Positions 13,173 to 24,989 of a stretch of 64,000 bases of DNA are shown here, in pieces (within the stretch, counting starts at the first letter, position 1; every line of letters begins with the position of its first letter). A program made the translations under genes and the position numbers. Source of the DNA: Macrostomum lignano (lineage: Eukaryota). The notes below the pieces were generated by a model. The model did no database searches. It saw only the letters and a program-made list of their open reading frames with translations, and had not been told where the DNA came from. Location of the stretch: positions 55,794-119,793 of the forward strand of contig NIVC01003094.1 of assembly GCA_002269645.1 (NCBI GenBank). The letters are read 5' to 3'.

Positions 13173-16100
13173 ATGGCCGCCAGAAAGAGACAACCGACCC
13201 TTGGAAACCCACTAGGCGCTCGCATTGAGATGATGCCCAGGCAGCAGCAGCCGCCCAAGCCTCAGGCGTCACACTCGTCAGTAAGTTCGGCAGCGCCAGC
13301 CATCGCTACGGCTGCCGAGGTCGGCCAGGCTTCCATTGACAACATTGTGACCGCGGTGCGAATGTTCTCCGAGTCGCTGCTCACTAACAGAGTCTCCAAA
13401 GAGGCGCAGCAAGAAGTCAAGGCTCTGGCCGCGCAGATGGAGGTGAGATGGAGAGCTGAGATGGGGAGGTGAGATGGAGAAGAGAGAAGGGGAAGAGCGG
13501 GCAGTAGTATACGGGAAGGTGAGGATGAGTGAGAGGGTAGAGGGGGCGCTCTTAATAAGCAGTACCCGATTGAGAAGCTGAGAATAGACTGAGCAGGCGC
13601 AGCACCGACTGTCCCGCTACCTGGCAGGTGCTCATCGCCCGCCGCAGGCTGTCGGATAGCCGCTCCCGATCGCCCAACGCGGCGGAGACGCGACTGGCGC
13701 TGCGCAACTTGAAGCGTTTTCTAGAAAGGGAGGCGGCTGGGGAGCGACTGGCGGCACCGGGTGGCAAGCTGCAATGCGTGTCTTGCACGACCGACACTCT
13801 GGAGTCCAGCTGCGGCTCGCGGATACAGGTTTGGCTTCATCTTTGCTTTCAATAGCAAGCCCGCGTATCTGGGCCTTGTGAAGTCTAGGTTTGCGTGCCG
13901 AGAAAGGTGGCCTCTGTGTGGCTTTGTTTGCTCAATATATTTATTAGTCAATATTGGGGGGTGGGGGTAAAGCGATGCGTGATTGGTCGAGAATCGGTAA
14001 ACAAGTTTAGGCGAGAGGGTGAGTCATGAATAATGTGAGGCAGAGAGTGTAGCGTACGACCTACATCCTTCCCCAGGTGAATAAAAGTTCACATGAAACA
14101 GAGAATAAAATCAGAACACTTTAAATTAAAGCAAGCGAGAATTTAATCAGGGAGAGTAAATCAATAATTACGAATTCGAGTGCGCAAATAGTCGATAGCA
14201 GAGATTATAATAATTGTGACGAGTGTAATGTAAAATTCAGCGAAGCTTGAGCGCATTGAGCTGGGTTGTTAAGTTCTGCAGCAATGAATCGAATGCATTG
14301 AAAAAGTTTCCAACTAAATTTATAGGTACGACACGAGAGGGTTTACAGAAAGCAATCAATAGCCGGTGCAAATTATTCGCATTAATTGTATTTGCCCTGG
14401 CCACTCAGTCTGATGTTGCTCCGCGGCGCCCCTGTGAGGCCAGAGTTGCCAGCCCGATTCGCCCGCGTTCCGCTCCGCTCCAGTCCTGCCGGTCCCGCCG
14501 CTGCGTTGTCCGACCATCAGATAGTCGTAGGTCTCTCGTTGAGCTCATGGGGCTTGGCGCTCGCCGTTGGTGTCCCTGGAAGCAGGAGCTGCGTGACGGA
14601 GGCCCGATGCGCAGGATGCCCAGCTCTTCGCTCGTCTCCCTCCCAATGATCGTCGTTGCCGCTTCCCTCACGATGATGAAGTTGATGCTGGCGCTGATGT
14701 TGTAGACGGCGGTCCGCAGCCTGGCCATCCCGAGCGTGGCCAGTGGCTTCCTGGAGCCGAACGGGTGCACTCGACGCTTGCATGCCTGGAGATCCCTTGC
14801 CCTGCCTCCGATGGACCAGAAGGTCTTCAGGCTCATCAGGTTGCAGCCGGCGCCGCTGTCGATCAGAAGGTCGGCTTTGCGGCTCCTGATGGCCGCCCTG
14901 ACGCGCGGCAGGCGATTCCTTCGGGATTCAAGACAGAAAACCTCGCAGCTGCTCTCCAGGTCCTCTGGCTCGGCTCGCCCCTGGGCCGATACCACATGCA
15001 CTTTCTCCTCGAATCCCCCGGGGCTGGACAAGCAAGCCTTCGCCAGGTGTCCAATTTTGTTGCATTTGTGGCAGGTTTTCCCTCTTGCCAATTCGCACGT
15101 ACGGTGGCCCAGCTCTCCACACCGAATGCATTTGGCTTCCGATTGGGACTCCTGGCCGTGGCGTTTTCGCTGGATCGAGCTTATCGTCTCGTTGTTTCGT
15201 GCTTCGATGGCTGCTGACTGAAGTTCCGCCGCCTCGAAGGCTCTTGCTTGCTGCAGTGCGTCCTTGAGGCTGACGTTGCGAGTTTGCAGGAGTGTCCGCC
15301 GGAGCTGGGCGGATCTGCAGCCGGCCACTATTTGGTCACGGATGAGCAAGTCGCGCTGGGACCCGAAGTCGCAGCCATCGGCGGCTGCGTAGAGGCGCTG
15401 TGTCCAGGCGTCCAGTGACTCGCCAGTTTGCTGCGTGCAGTGCCGGAATTCGAACCTGACAAACACAGGGTTGTGTCTGTCGCTGTAGTGAGTCCTGAAT
15501 GCCTCGATCAGATCGTCAAGAGACTTTCCAGTTCGATTCAGCTCTTTAAATGTGTCCGCCAGCTGCTTGCCGCCTATGTAGAGAATTTCGCGCTGCTGGT
15601 CGGCACTTGTGATGCCACTGGCTGTGACAAACCTTTTGAAACGGCCGGACCACTCCTCCCACTTTGCGGAGAGGTTGTGCTGTTCTGCCTGTTCGTTAAA
15701 CTGCTCAGGCGGGGGTAGCTGCAGAGGCACAGACATTCTGACTGCTTGCGATGCCAATGTGAAGTCTAGGTTTGCGTGCCGAGAAAGGTGGCCTCTGTGT
15801 GGCTTTGTTTGCTCAATATATTTATTAGTCAATATTGGGGGGTGGGGGTAAAGCGATGCGTGATTGGTCGAGAATCGGTAAACAAGTTTAGGCGAGAGGG
15901 TGAGTCATGAATAATGTGAGGCAGAGAGTGTAGCGTACGACCTACAGGCCTGTGTGTACACATGTGCACACATCTATAGCTTCTGTTCCGCTTATTGTAG
16001 AGGGAAACAGTGTACGCGTATGTGGGTAAATAGCAAGCCAGAAAGTTCATAGCTATAAGAGCATAGCAGATAGATGGTAGATTAGAGTAGAATTAATGAG

Positions 16101-18389
16101 CTGAGCTGAGTAGGAAAGAAGAGAAGAGAAAATACGAGACGAGACGAGAGGAAAGGAGCAAGAGAGGAGAGGAGTAGGAGAGGAGAAGAGAGAAGAGAGT
16201 GGAGAGAGGGGAAAGGAGAGAGGAAAGAGGAGAGAGGAGATAGGGGAGGAGAGGAAAGAACGAGAAGGGAATAGAGGAGAAGTGAGCTAGATTATTTTGC
16301 GGAGATGAGAAGAGAGAAAGGAATGGAATAGGAATAGAGGAAAGCAACGAAAGAGACATATGAAGGAGGGCCTTGTACCTCTGTCTACTAGTCGGTAGTC
16401 GCTGCAATCTCATTGAAAACTCTCAAGGACCATTAACACCACGACACCCGCGGCCCCAACACAACCACCCAGGCCTTCTCGTCGGTCTCAGACCGCACGC
16501 AAAGCCCTGGCACGGATTCCGCTGTCGAGGACGAGGACGCCAGCAGCCCCTGCAATGACGGCGGCGGAGACGGCTGTCGCGCTCTACCATCAGCTGTGAC
16601 AGCCACGATCGTTGAGAACATGCGGCTCCGCTGCTGTCTTCATCGGCAGCCTCACCAAGCCTCGCCAGCGGCCACGCCGCCTTCGGCTGCTGAGAAGCCG
16701 CAGCCAAAAAAGAAGAGGCCTCACAGACCGTCGCAGCAGCCGACCTCACGGCCGCCGTCGCCACCGCCTAAGGAGCTTCTCGGACCGAGCCGACAGGTGC
16801 AACTGTTCAGCTCTGCGGGGCAGCCAGTGTTTCTGCTTCCAGCTTCGGATTTGCCCGACAATGAGCAAGGTTTCGAGCCCGCTTCGAGCTTCCATCGCGC
16901 GCAAGTGGCAGCAGATTTTGCTGAGCCAAACAGCGGCATGGAATCCATTCGCTGGTTTCAAGCACAGCAGCAGCAGCTTCCCCCGGTGATGATTAAACTG
17001 CAGCTACCGGAAAGAATCGAACGCGAGCCGCTGAGAGTCGCCAATCCGCAGCTTGAGGAGCTGCTGCAAACACCGCCTCCACCGCCGCAGCCGCGACCTC
17101 TTGAGGTGGTAGCTGAGCAGCTTGCCTACGAGCCTGAGATGCTCCTGACTGCGGAGGCAGCCGCCGGCTCCGGCTGGTGCGCCTCCTGCGGTCGCTGCAC
17201 CGTAGTTGCCGACAAGGCGCTCGTAGGCGAGCAGGGCAACCAGAACTGCGCCAGCGTTGAAGTCCGCCTGCCGATTCCCGGCTCCGTTTGCTGCACCGTC
17301 ACGGCGACTGCGGCTGCGGATGCGAGCAGCGACACGTTGGCGAAGGCCGCCAACAAGATTGTGTCCACCTGCAGCTGTCCGTCTGACAGCGACGCTCACA
17401 GAGCGGAGGGCAACAAAGACCCAACGGACGGGAACAAAGAGACAATGGAGGAAAGCGAAGATATCCAAGATTCATCGGCCCTGATGCACCAGCAGCAGCA
17501 GGAGCAGCAGCACGACGGCACGAAATCTGCCCTTCAGCATGTCGGACTTCAGGCGGCGCCCGTGTTGATCGTGCAGCGAGTCTGCGAGACCTCCAGCCCA
17601 CCGGAGCGGCTGGTCTCGTCGGCCAGCCTGCTGGCTTTGATGAGCAGCGGCGTCGGTGGCGTTGAAGATAGCGGAGAAGGCGAAGGAGGCGGCGGCAGCG
17701 GCTTTGACAGCGTGGAAGACATCAACTGGCAGCAGCCGCTGTTTCGGATCGCCGACCTGGTGCGCCAGGTGAGGCTGGCAGCGCCGATGACCCGATCCGG
17801 CAGTCCTGAGCCGGTCGTCGCCGGTCAGCCGAATTGGGATGCCCAGGGAGTCGAGGACATCGGCGAGAGCAACTCCACTTTAGAGGTGCTGGACCAGAGC
17901 GGCGAGACTGACAAGGCGGCGGCGGTGATGGCAGCTGCGGCTCCTCTGGCGCCGACCTGGTCGTCGTGCGAGCTCGGCCAGTCGTCCGGCTTCACCAAAC
18001 TGCTGCTCACGCTGGACAAGGCGGCCAAGCGGCGACGCGACCAGGCTTTAGCGAGGCGGCAGCGACACAAGAAGCAGCGTTCCACTCTTTCTCCGCCTCC
18101 GCCGACGCCGCAGCCAAAGACGCGAGAGTCTCGACAGTTTAAAAGCTCGAAGCGCAGTAGAAAAACCTCTCGGTCGGGCAACAACAGCAGCTGCCGCGGA
18201 CTGCGCCGACAGTTGCACTCACCGCCTCCGCCTCCTTCGGCATCGTTGAGGTCGCTGTCCGAGGCGATGCGCCAGCAGCAGGCGGCGCTGCACCAGGCTG
18301 CCAAATCGCTGTCAGGTTTGTCACGCAGCCTGCGGCATTGCGTCCGACAGGTTCAAGACGTCGCGAATGCGGTTAACAGCACTCTGTGA
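13173..18389 (+). CDS. Low-complexity protein of unknown function; proposed exons 13173-13442, 13628-13828, ~16473-18389 (~800 aa)
   Basis: GC-rich exon-like blocks. Donor/acceptor pairs (ag|gtgaga 13443, cag|gtg 13627, cag|gtttgg 13829, cag|gcc 16472) are all phase 0. The last block holds a 597-aa ORF. No domain recognised; joining the exons into one gene is inference. Confidence 0.55.
13877..15946 (-). mobile_element. 2070-bp non-autonomous Gypsy-type LTR element: Gag + protease only, identical LTRs, 5-bp TSD
   Basis: 189-bp LTRs at 13877-14065 and 15758-15946, identical on reading, TG..CA ends. TSD GGCCT at 13872-13876 and 15947-15951. PBS-like TGGCATCGCAAG after the 5' LTR; polypurine GGGGAAGGA before the 3' LTR. 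Confidence 0.95.
14405..15736 (-). CDS. Gag-protease polyprotein (443 aa) of the mini LTR element
   Basis: ATG 15736 lies 21 nt after the LTR. Gag-like WEEWSGRF and LIRDQIVAG; two Cys/His knuckles CIRCGELGHRTC and CHKCNKIGHLAKAC; aspartic protease LLIDSGA; stop at 14405 with no RT motifs. Confidence 0.9.
   Translation of the reverse strand: MSVPLQLPPPEQFNEQAEQHNLSAKWEEWSGRFKRFVTASGITSADQQREILYIGGKQLADTFKELNRTGKSLDDLIEAFRTHYSDRHNPVFVRFEFRHCTQQTGESLDAWTQRLYAAADGCDFGSQRDLLIRDQIVAGCRSAQLRRTLLQTRNVSLKDALQQARAFEAAELQSAAIEARNNETISSIQRKRHGQESQSEAKCIRCGELGHRTCELARGKTCHKCNKIGHLAKACLSSPGGFEEKVHVVSAQGRAEPEDLESSCEVFCLESRRNRLPRVRAAIRSRKADLLIDSGAGCNLMSLKTFWSIGGRARDLQACKRRVHPFGSRKPLATLGMARLRTAVYNISASINFIIVREAATTIIGRETSEELGILRIGPPSRSSCFQGHQRRAPSPMSSTRDLRLSDGRTTQRRDRQDWSGAERGRIGLATLASQGRRGATSD
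16095..16360. repeat. GA-rich simple-sequence tract
   Basis: Direct reading. Confidence 0.85.
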
Positions 18390-19221
18390 CCGTGCGGTCC
18401 GGCAGCACTGCATTTTTAGCAGCATTTTCGTGACAAGATCGATGAAATGCTACCGCATAATCTAAATTTACATCTGCTAAATTACTAACTACTTTTTGCT
18501 TTCCAAATATTCTTCTTTTTGTCGATTTGTATACAAACCCCAACCAATAGTCTTCGTTACTAACTATTTCTCAATATCTTAGTCCCTCTCGACTCCGATC
18601 GACACCCCCCTCATTCCCTCTCACTCAGATAGACACCCACCTCACTCCCTACCCGGAACACCCACCTCACTCCCAAGCCCCAGTGGACACCCACCTCACT
18701 TTCTAGCCCCGTTAGAAACCCACCTCACTCTCACCAAATACCAATGTTATAATCCTAACTCATCCTAACTCAATCCTAACTCAATCTTAACTCTGTATCC
18801 TGCAGTATCTTTTGCTTTTTTCTCAACGGGAGCACTAGACAGCAGGTTGGAGAATGCAGCACATTTAAAAGTGTGAAGCAGGGAAGCGACGCTGGTCCGA
18901 TGCTGAATTGTACAATTTTTATTCATGCTGTATGAAGTAGTCGACCTTGATAATCGAAAAAGTGTTATCTTATTTTCCCGAAAAAAACTTCATCCTGAAA
19001 GATGAACAAAAATATGGCTTCAGCGTTGCACCCAGCTCTTTAATCGCTTGTCTTCTGGTATGGTCAATAAAATTCAGTTGAAAGCAGTGGAGCAGTGGAA
19101 TATTCACAGAATGGATTACGAGAGCAAAGTTAAAAGGGTAAAAATTCATTAGAAGCTCACAAGGCACAATTTTGGCTCAAATGCATTAATAGTGAGATAG
19201 AAGTTAACAGCCGTTCTTATT

Positions 19222-19720
19222 TGTTCTGGTGCTTGACTCGGTGATGTGGAGTGCTCTTCCTTGCCATGACGACGGTTTTCTGCCATGGTGACGCGTGGGT
19301 CAACGCCAACTGGAGAGGCGGCTCAGCGTGCTTGGCTACGCTGACGATTTCACCCTGCTGGAGACGGAACTTCCACGATATCAGCAATTCGCCTACCTCA
19401 GAGGTCTGGTTTACGACGTCCGCGAGGATCTGTGGCGCCGCCTGGACTGCCTTTTTGCGGTTTTGTTCCAGGAGGTGGTAGAGACCGTCTTGCTGGACAA
19501 CGCTAAGATCTGGACGCTGCGGGCTCTCGAATGCTTGAACAGGAAGTTGACGCGGTGCACGTTGACCTGCTGCGCGCCGCCTTTAAGATCGGCGACTAGC
19601 GAGTTTTCAAGATCGGTCTGGTCCGTCCAAGTGACCTGTTGCGCCATAGGAGACTACAGCTGGCAAGCCAGATCATCCGCACGGAGTTTTACTGCCCGAA
19701 ACCGGTGCAGGAGGTGCTGC
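19222..19720 (+). mobile_element. Decayed, internally deleted RTE-type LINE RT fragment
   Basis: LVLDSVMWSAL, RRLSVLGYADDFTLL, QFAYLRGLV, LFQEVVETVLLDNAKIWTL correspond to YADD, FKYLG and VLLYxAETWTL motifs with segments missing. Confidence 0.75.
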
Positions 19721-20289
19721 TGCCGACGCTGCAAGCATTCTAACGGCATTTGGCCTTGTGACGCAGATGTTGTTTATGAGCTAACCTGCCATCTGACATC
19801 TAATCTGATATTGTTGTGTTGAAGGCCTTGAAGACCAGGTGTCAGAGGTGTAGAAAGTTGAAATTGATTTTTTAAGTCCTATATCTTGCAGGTCTTCAGA
19901 AGGCAAATAACAAGGCAAGCTGTTATTTTTGTACAAATAGCAAACTGATGCGTCAATCATGCGTATCAGTACTATATATAATTTTAATAATCCAGATTTA
20001 CCAAATTGTTGTCAAAGCCAAAGCTCTCTCTAACAGATTGAACAATTCAACAAAGAAAGAAATGCCGAATAAGTCTTATTCTTGCACTAAAAATCTCATT
20101 GAGTGAGCAAACGTTGGCGGTAAAAGAACATTGGAAAATGATTTAAAATGCTGCAGCTTATATGATGTCGAAGAGGCACAATCGCACAAACCATAGCAAA
20201 GCAGTTGAAACTTTTTGAAGCATAAAATAACAACCATTTCTCACCGAAATACGGATTGACTATCTATCAGGGCAGCTTTTATATCACAT

Positions 20290-20560
20290 CCACACCCGGG
20301 TCCACTTTCAGATCCACACCCGGGTCCACTTTCAGATCCACATCCGGGTCCACTTTCAGATCCACATCTGGGTTCACTTTCAGATTCACATCCGAGTCGA
20401 CTTTCAGATCCACATCCGGGTCCACTTTCAGATCCGCATCCGGGTCCACTTTCAGATCCGCATCCGGGTCAGACTATAGATCCACAACCGGGTCCACTTT
20501 CAGATCTGCATCCGGGTCCGCTTTCAGATCTGCATCCGGGTCCGCTTTCAGATCCGCTTT
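20290..20560. repeat. 24-bp minisatellite (TCCACTTTCAGATCCACATCCGGG) overlapping the Pus10 stop codon
   Basis: Direct reading. Confidence 0.9.
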
Positions 20561-23500
20561 CGATTCCGCAGCCGCGTCGCCGCCAACGTGTGGCCAGTCG
20601 AGCTCCACGTCAACAACGTCCAGCAGCAGGAGGTCGCATTGCCGCCCCTCGCCCAGCAGTTCGCCAAGCGACGGTCGGGTCCGTCCGAGGTCACCGTGGA
20701 CGAATTCCTTGACGTAGGCGCCGGCTTCAGTGCGAAGGCGCAGGCGGAACAGCCGGCCGGCATCAGCAGCGTCGGGCGGCAGCGGCTCCAGATTGAGGCT
20801 GAGGATGCGCCGCTTGCGGACAGCGACGGTGCGGCGGTGCAGCACGCGGACCGGGGTGGACTGCTCCAGCACCAGGCCTGAGGCGGCTAAACCAGAGAGC
20901 TTGCCGGCGTCCTCAGCGGTGATTGGCGGCCCGCCAGTGCAGCGGCACAGTGCAGAGTAGCATTTCACTTTTTCGCTTTCGCCGGCTCGCAACGCCTCAC
21001 AATGGGCCCGGTTCACCTGGCACAAGTGCGACACCTGCGAGTTCGAATAATATCAGGGCTTATTAAATAAAACGAACATTCCAAAGAGGACTGTGGACAT
21101 CTGGTGCAACGCCTGCGGCGACATCATCCCACAACCAGCGCTGACGGCAATTCTGCCCATTTCGCTGACTCCTGAGAACACACAAGCGCGCCAATACTGT
21201 ACGAAGGCACGCACTCATGCACACGCTCATACAGAGGCCCTTGACTTTGCCCTAGAGTCCTGTCAGGCATACACACTCTGTGCCTGGGGGGTTGGTCCTC
21301 ATGGTTGTGAATCGCACATCAACCTCCTGGCCAATTTCGTCCACAAGCCCCAAATGAAAGCGGCCGACCAAACACGGAATCGAACCACAGCCGGGTCGTG
21401 GCATGAGAGTCAGACGCTGAACTACTGTGCCCTGATAAGCGCTCGTTCATAGCAATCAAATAGACAATTCTGACTAACAGAAATATGCTAGTAAACAAGC
21501 ACACAATCACGGCAGATTAAAAAATAGAATGATGAACAAGGTTTACGCTTAGGTCTACTTTCTGAACATCAAGATAAAAACTTTTCAAATTTTACAACAA
21601 ATCATGCGGCAGGTCGATAAAATGCTCAATATTTTGTTATAATCTCTGCCTGTTTCATAGCTCCGTTGAGGTTCTCCGAAAATGTATATTACAAAAGTAG
21701 CTATAACACAAGTCAAGTCTTCCGCATGTATTGTCTAGAAATCAAGCACATCCTGATGCTCAGTCTATTCTATACGAATAGAGCAAGCTATATCCTAATA
21801 TTAAGATTTGATCGGGCTCCAGCACTTAAAGACGTCTCTATTTTCATGTCACAAACGATGAATATCATATATGTCCGGAAGACTCTTTCCTATAAAAGAA
21901 GAAACCCGAACCCGTCCATTTTTCTTATCGACTCGCGCAAAAGTCAAGCAATAGAAGTGAAATATTTACGAATCGAGCCCGGGACCAATTCTCACCTGGA
22001 CCCGATCATCGGCCGCGTTGATCTCCGCCTGCAGGGCCGCAGTCTCGGCCGCAGTCAGTCGGGCAACTCTCGGGTTGAGCAGCCTGAGCAGGAACGGCCG
22101 GCCTCGGCCAAGCATTCGCACGTCGACATCTTCGCGGCCGGCCGAAGCGAAGCTGGCCGAGTCGGCTTTAGCAAGCCGGACAATGGCCGGACTGATCAAC
22201 TCTTCGACGCTGGTGTCCATGCGTCGTTCGCCGTCCAGGATCCAGGGTGTCTGCGGCAGCCGGCGGCAGAGTTTGCGGTAGCGGCCGCCGACAAACATGA
22301 GCTCCTTGCTCACCTGGAGTGGCGGAGGGATCAGGCTACTACTAACCAACTGAGTAGTTACTGGCGTACGGTAACTTTTCAAAATATTATGATAAACTTG
22401 GGACAACTAAACCCACAGTAATAGCATAGCTTTTGTCCTACTACGAGCTCGTAAGTTAGAAAACGGACCAGCCATCAATGTTTAAAGCCTACAGAACTAA
22501 GACAGGTTGCAGAATTATTGTCATACAATATTTCTAGGTATTTTAGAGGCAACCCGCTCAACCAAATAACTACTAGAAGCCCTACCTCGGCTACAATGAG
22601 TTTCACTGGGCCGCTGGCGGGAGCCGGTGGACAGGGCAGAGCGGCTTTGAAAGCTTCAGCACTGACTGAGGCCAGCGCACTCGCCGCCCCGTGTCTGGTG
22701 CTGCCGCCGCCGCCGCCGCCGCTCGACAGACGGCGCAGACAGACGTCACTTTCTGACGCATCGTCAGCGTAACGAAATTCCAATGCCAATTGTAGAGGAA
22801 TTGTTTCCACGTCGCCACGAGCTGCAATTGCAGATTAGCGGTTGAAGTTTGTGTTATCAATATTGAGATTTAAGAGTAATACGCCCCCTAACCCACTGCA
22901 AGGCGACCTCATGGTTGGTACATTTCTTCTCATCCTTTATTTTTTACTCAAGCTCAGAACTAAACTGGACTGCCTATTCAGCTGTTTGCCAACTGCTTAG
23001 TTAGTTAGTTGATTAGTTAGTTAGTTAGTTGATTAGTTAGTTAGTTAGTTAGCCAGCAGATATGCCCATTCCATATTCCCATTTCATATGCCTATACGCA
23101 CTCTGTTGACCTCCATCAGACAGAAGCCTCCGCTCGATAGCCTGCCTGGCCAGCGCCTTCCACAGGTCCTTCGCCGATATGGGCGCCTCCTTAATTTTCT
23201 CCACCGAATGTTGCTCAGCCTTAGCCAGTTGCCAGGCGTGATCGCGGATCAGGCAGACAATTGGCGAGCTGACTAATAGGCGGCAGGCGGTGAAGCTGTG
23301 CCCGCTGGCAGCCACCGCGTTTGCGATTAGATCGCAGACGTCGCTATCCAGACGGTCGAGCGTGGCTAGGATGCCTAGACATGCGCTGCAGACTTCGGTG
23401 CTGGTGCATGCAGGAGAATCGCCGTTGAGTTTCACTCGTTTCGCCTCTTGACTGTCTCCGCCTAGCTGAGAATCTTTGCTGCTGGCCGCGGCAATGTCTG

Positions 23501-23573
23501 ACATCAGCTGGGTGAAATCTGGCTGACAGATGCGCAGCTGGCAGCGCCAGCAGAGATATGGAGCCTGCCGTGA
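20474..23573 (-). CDS. PUS10: tRNA pseudouridine synthase Pus10; exons ~23573(?)-23102, 22821-22586, 22313-21996, 21034-20474
   Basis: LCWRCQLRIC, CSACLGIL, FVGGRYRKLCRRLPQTPW, SAGREDVDVRMLGRGRPF, QSTPVRVLHRR, EAGAYVKEFVHGDLGRTRP. GT-AG junctions are phase-consistent (1,0,0). The 5' end is uncertain. Confidence 0.93.
21130..21431 (-). mobile_element. SINE family B copy with tRNA-like head, in a Pus10 intron
   Basis: Minus strand begins ggcacagtagttcagcgtctgactc..gtggttcgattccgtg (A/B-box-like); body shared with the 29.3 and 31.5 kb copies. Confidence 0.7.
23005..23052. repeat. (TTAG)n microsatellite in Pus10 intron 1
   Basis: Direct reading. Confidence 0.9.
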
Positions 23574-24534
23574 CTGCAGCTCAGCTGCTGTGCCCTCTGC
23601 AGCAATATTATTAGAGGCCAGAAAGTCGTTAGGGCGAGTTTTGGTGAGGGGGACAGATTAGACTAGAAATGCGAAATGAGACATGTTTCTTAAAAAAGCA
23701 GGTTTCCTAGAAATAAGACACGTTTCTTAGAAATAAGGCCCCGTTTATTACAAATGAGACACGTTTCTTAGAAAAAGGCCCCGTTTCCTAAAATGAGACA
23801 CGTTTCTTACAAATAAGGTCCGGTTTCCTACAACAGACAAGTTTCTTAGAAAAAGGTCCAGTTTCTTAGAAATAAGGCCCGGTTTCCTACAAATAAGAGG
23901 TTTTTATTTTCACAGAAATAAGACGCCAATTTTTTTAATCGGTCGCCCAAATTTCTACAAAAACACTTCACTTTAACTTCCCAGAAATGCGATGACTATT
24001 TTATATAAAATGAAAGCCATTTATACCACAACAAATCAATGAAGTAAGTTCAATATTTATCATATTTAGTTATTGTTAGACTGTTAACATACAGGTATAT
24101 TTCCAACCGTCAGAAATCTACATGTAAAAACCAGTACTTTTTGATATTTTATAGTAGATACACAGGAATTCTACTGTGATCAATATTCTTTTAACAGTAA
24201 CATCGTAGATGATTGGCGAAAATTGGCTTTAGAAGCAGCGTTGGCTGGAAGTTTAAAAATAATAAGTGAATTTCTGTTACTTAGACAGGATCAAGTGCAG
24301 TTTTTATACAGTTTACTAAGGTTGCTACGACAGATAAATTTACGAGCATTGATTAATAATATGGCAAATGTTGGGTAAGAGTATTTGAAATGCATATTTA
24401 AGCAACTGAGTGATAATCAATGAATTACGAGCGTATTTGTCCTAAAAGTTACGTAAACAGAACCATGCAAGCTTTGTTAAAATTATTTTGGCAGTCTGCT
24501 ACAGATCACTCCATTAACTTAGGATTATTCAGTC

Positions 24535-24959
24535 GTCAGTCAGTCAGTCAGTCAGTCAGTCAGTCAGTCAGTCAGTCAGTCAGTCAGTCAGTCAGTCAGT
24601 CAGTCAGTCAGTCAGTCAGTCAGTCAGTCAGTCAGTCAGTCAGTCAGTCAGTCAGTCAGTCAGTCAGTCAGTCAGTCAGTCAGTCAGTCAGTCAGTCAGT
24701 CAGTCAGTCAGTCAGTCAGTCAGTCAGTCAGTCAGTCAGTCAGTCAGTCAGTCAGTCAGTCAGTCAGTCAGTCAGTCAGTCAGTCAGTCAGTCAGTCAGT
24801 CAGTCAGTCAGTCAGTCAGTCAGTCAGTCAGTCAGTCAGTCAGTCAGTCAGTCAGTCAGTCAGTCAGTCAGTCAGTCAGTCAGTCAGTCAGTCAGTCAGT
24901 CAGTCAGTCAGTCAGTCAGTCAGTCAGTCAGTCAGTCAGTCAGTCAGTCAGTCAGTCAG
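24535..24959. repeat. Pure (TCAG)n microsatellite, ~106 units, ~30 bp downstream of the BABAM1 stop
   Basis: Direct reading. Confidence 0.98.
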
Positions 24960-24989
24960 ACCCAAATTTCTATCAGCCTTCATTTAGCT

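Noticed and set aside
15737-15832. ORF-track start MTNKY.. for the Gag ORF
   Set aside because: Lies inside the LTR; the same peptide recurs at the other LTR. ATG 15736 after the PBS is the plausible start.
23660-23684. ATG at 23684 as the Pus10 start with stop read-through
   Set aside because: The ATG is part of the adjacent degenerate repeat and is followed by TAA at codon 9; being in frame is a 1-in-3 chance.
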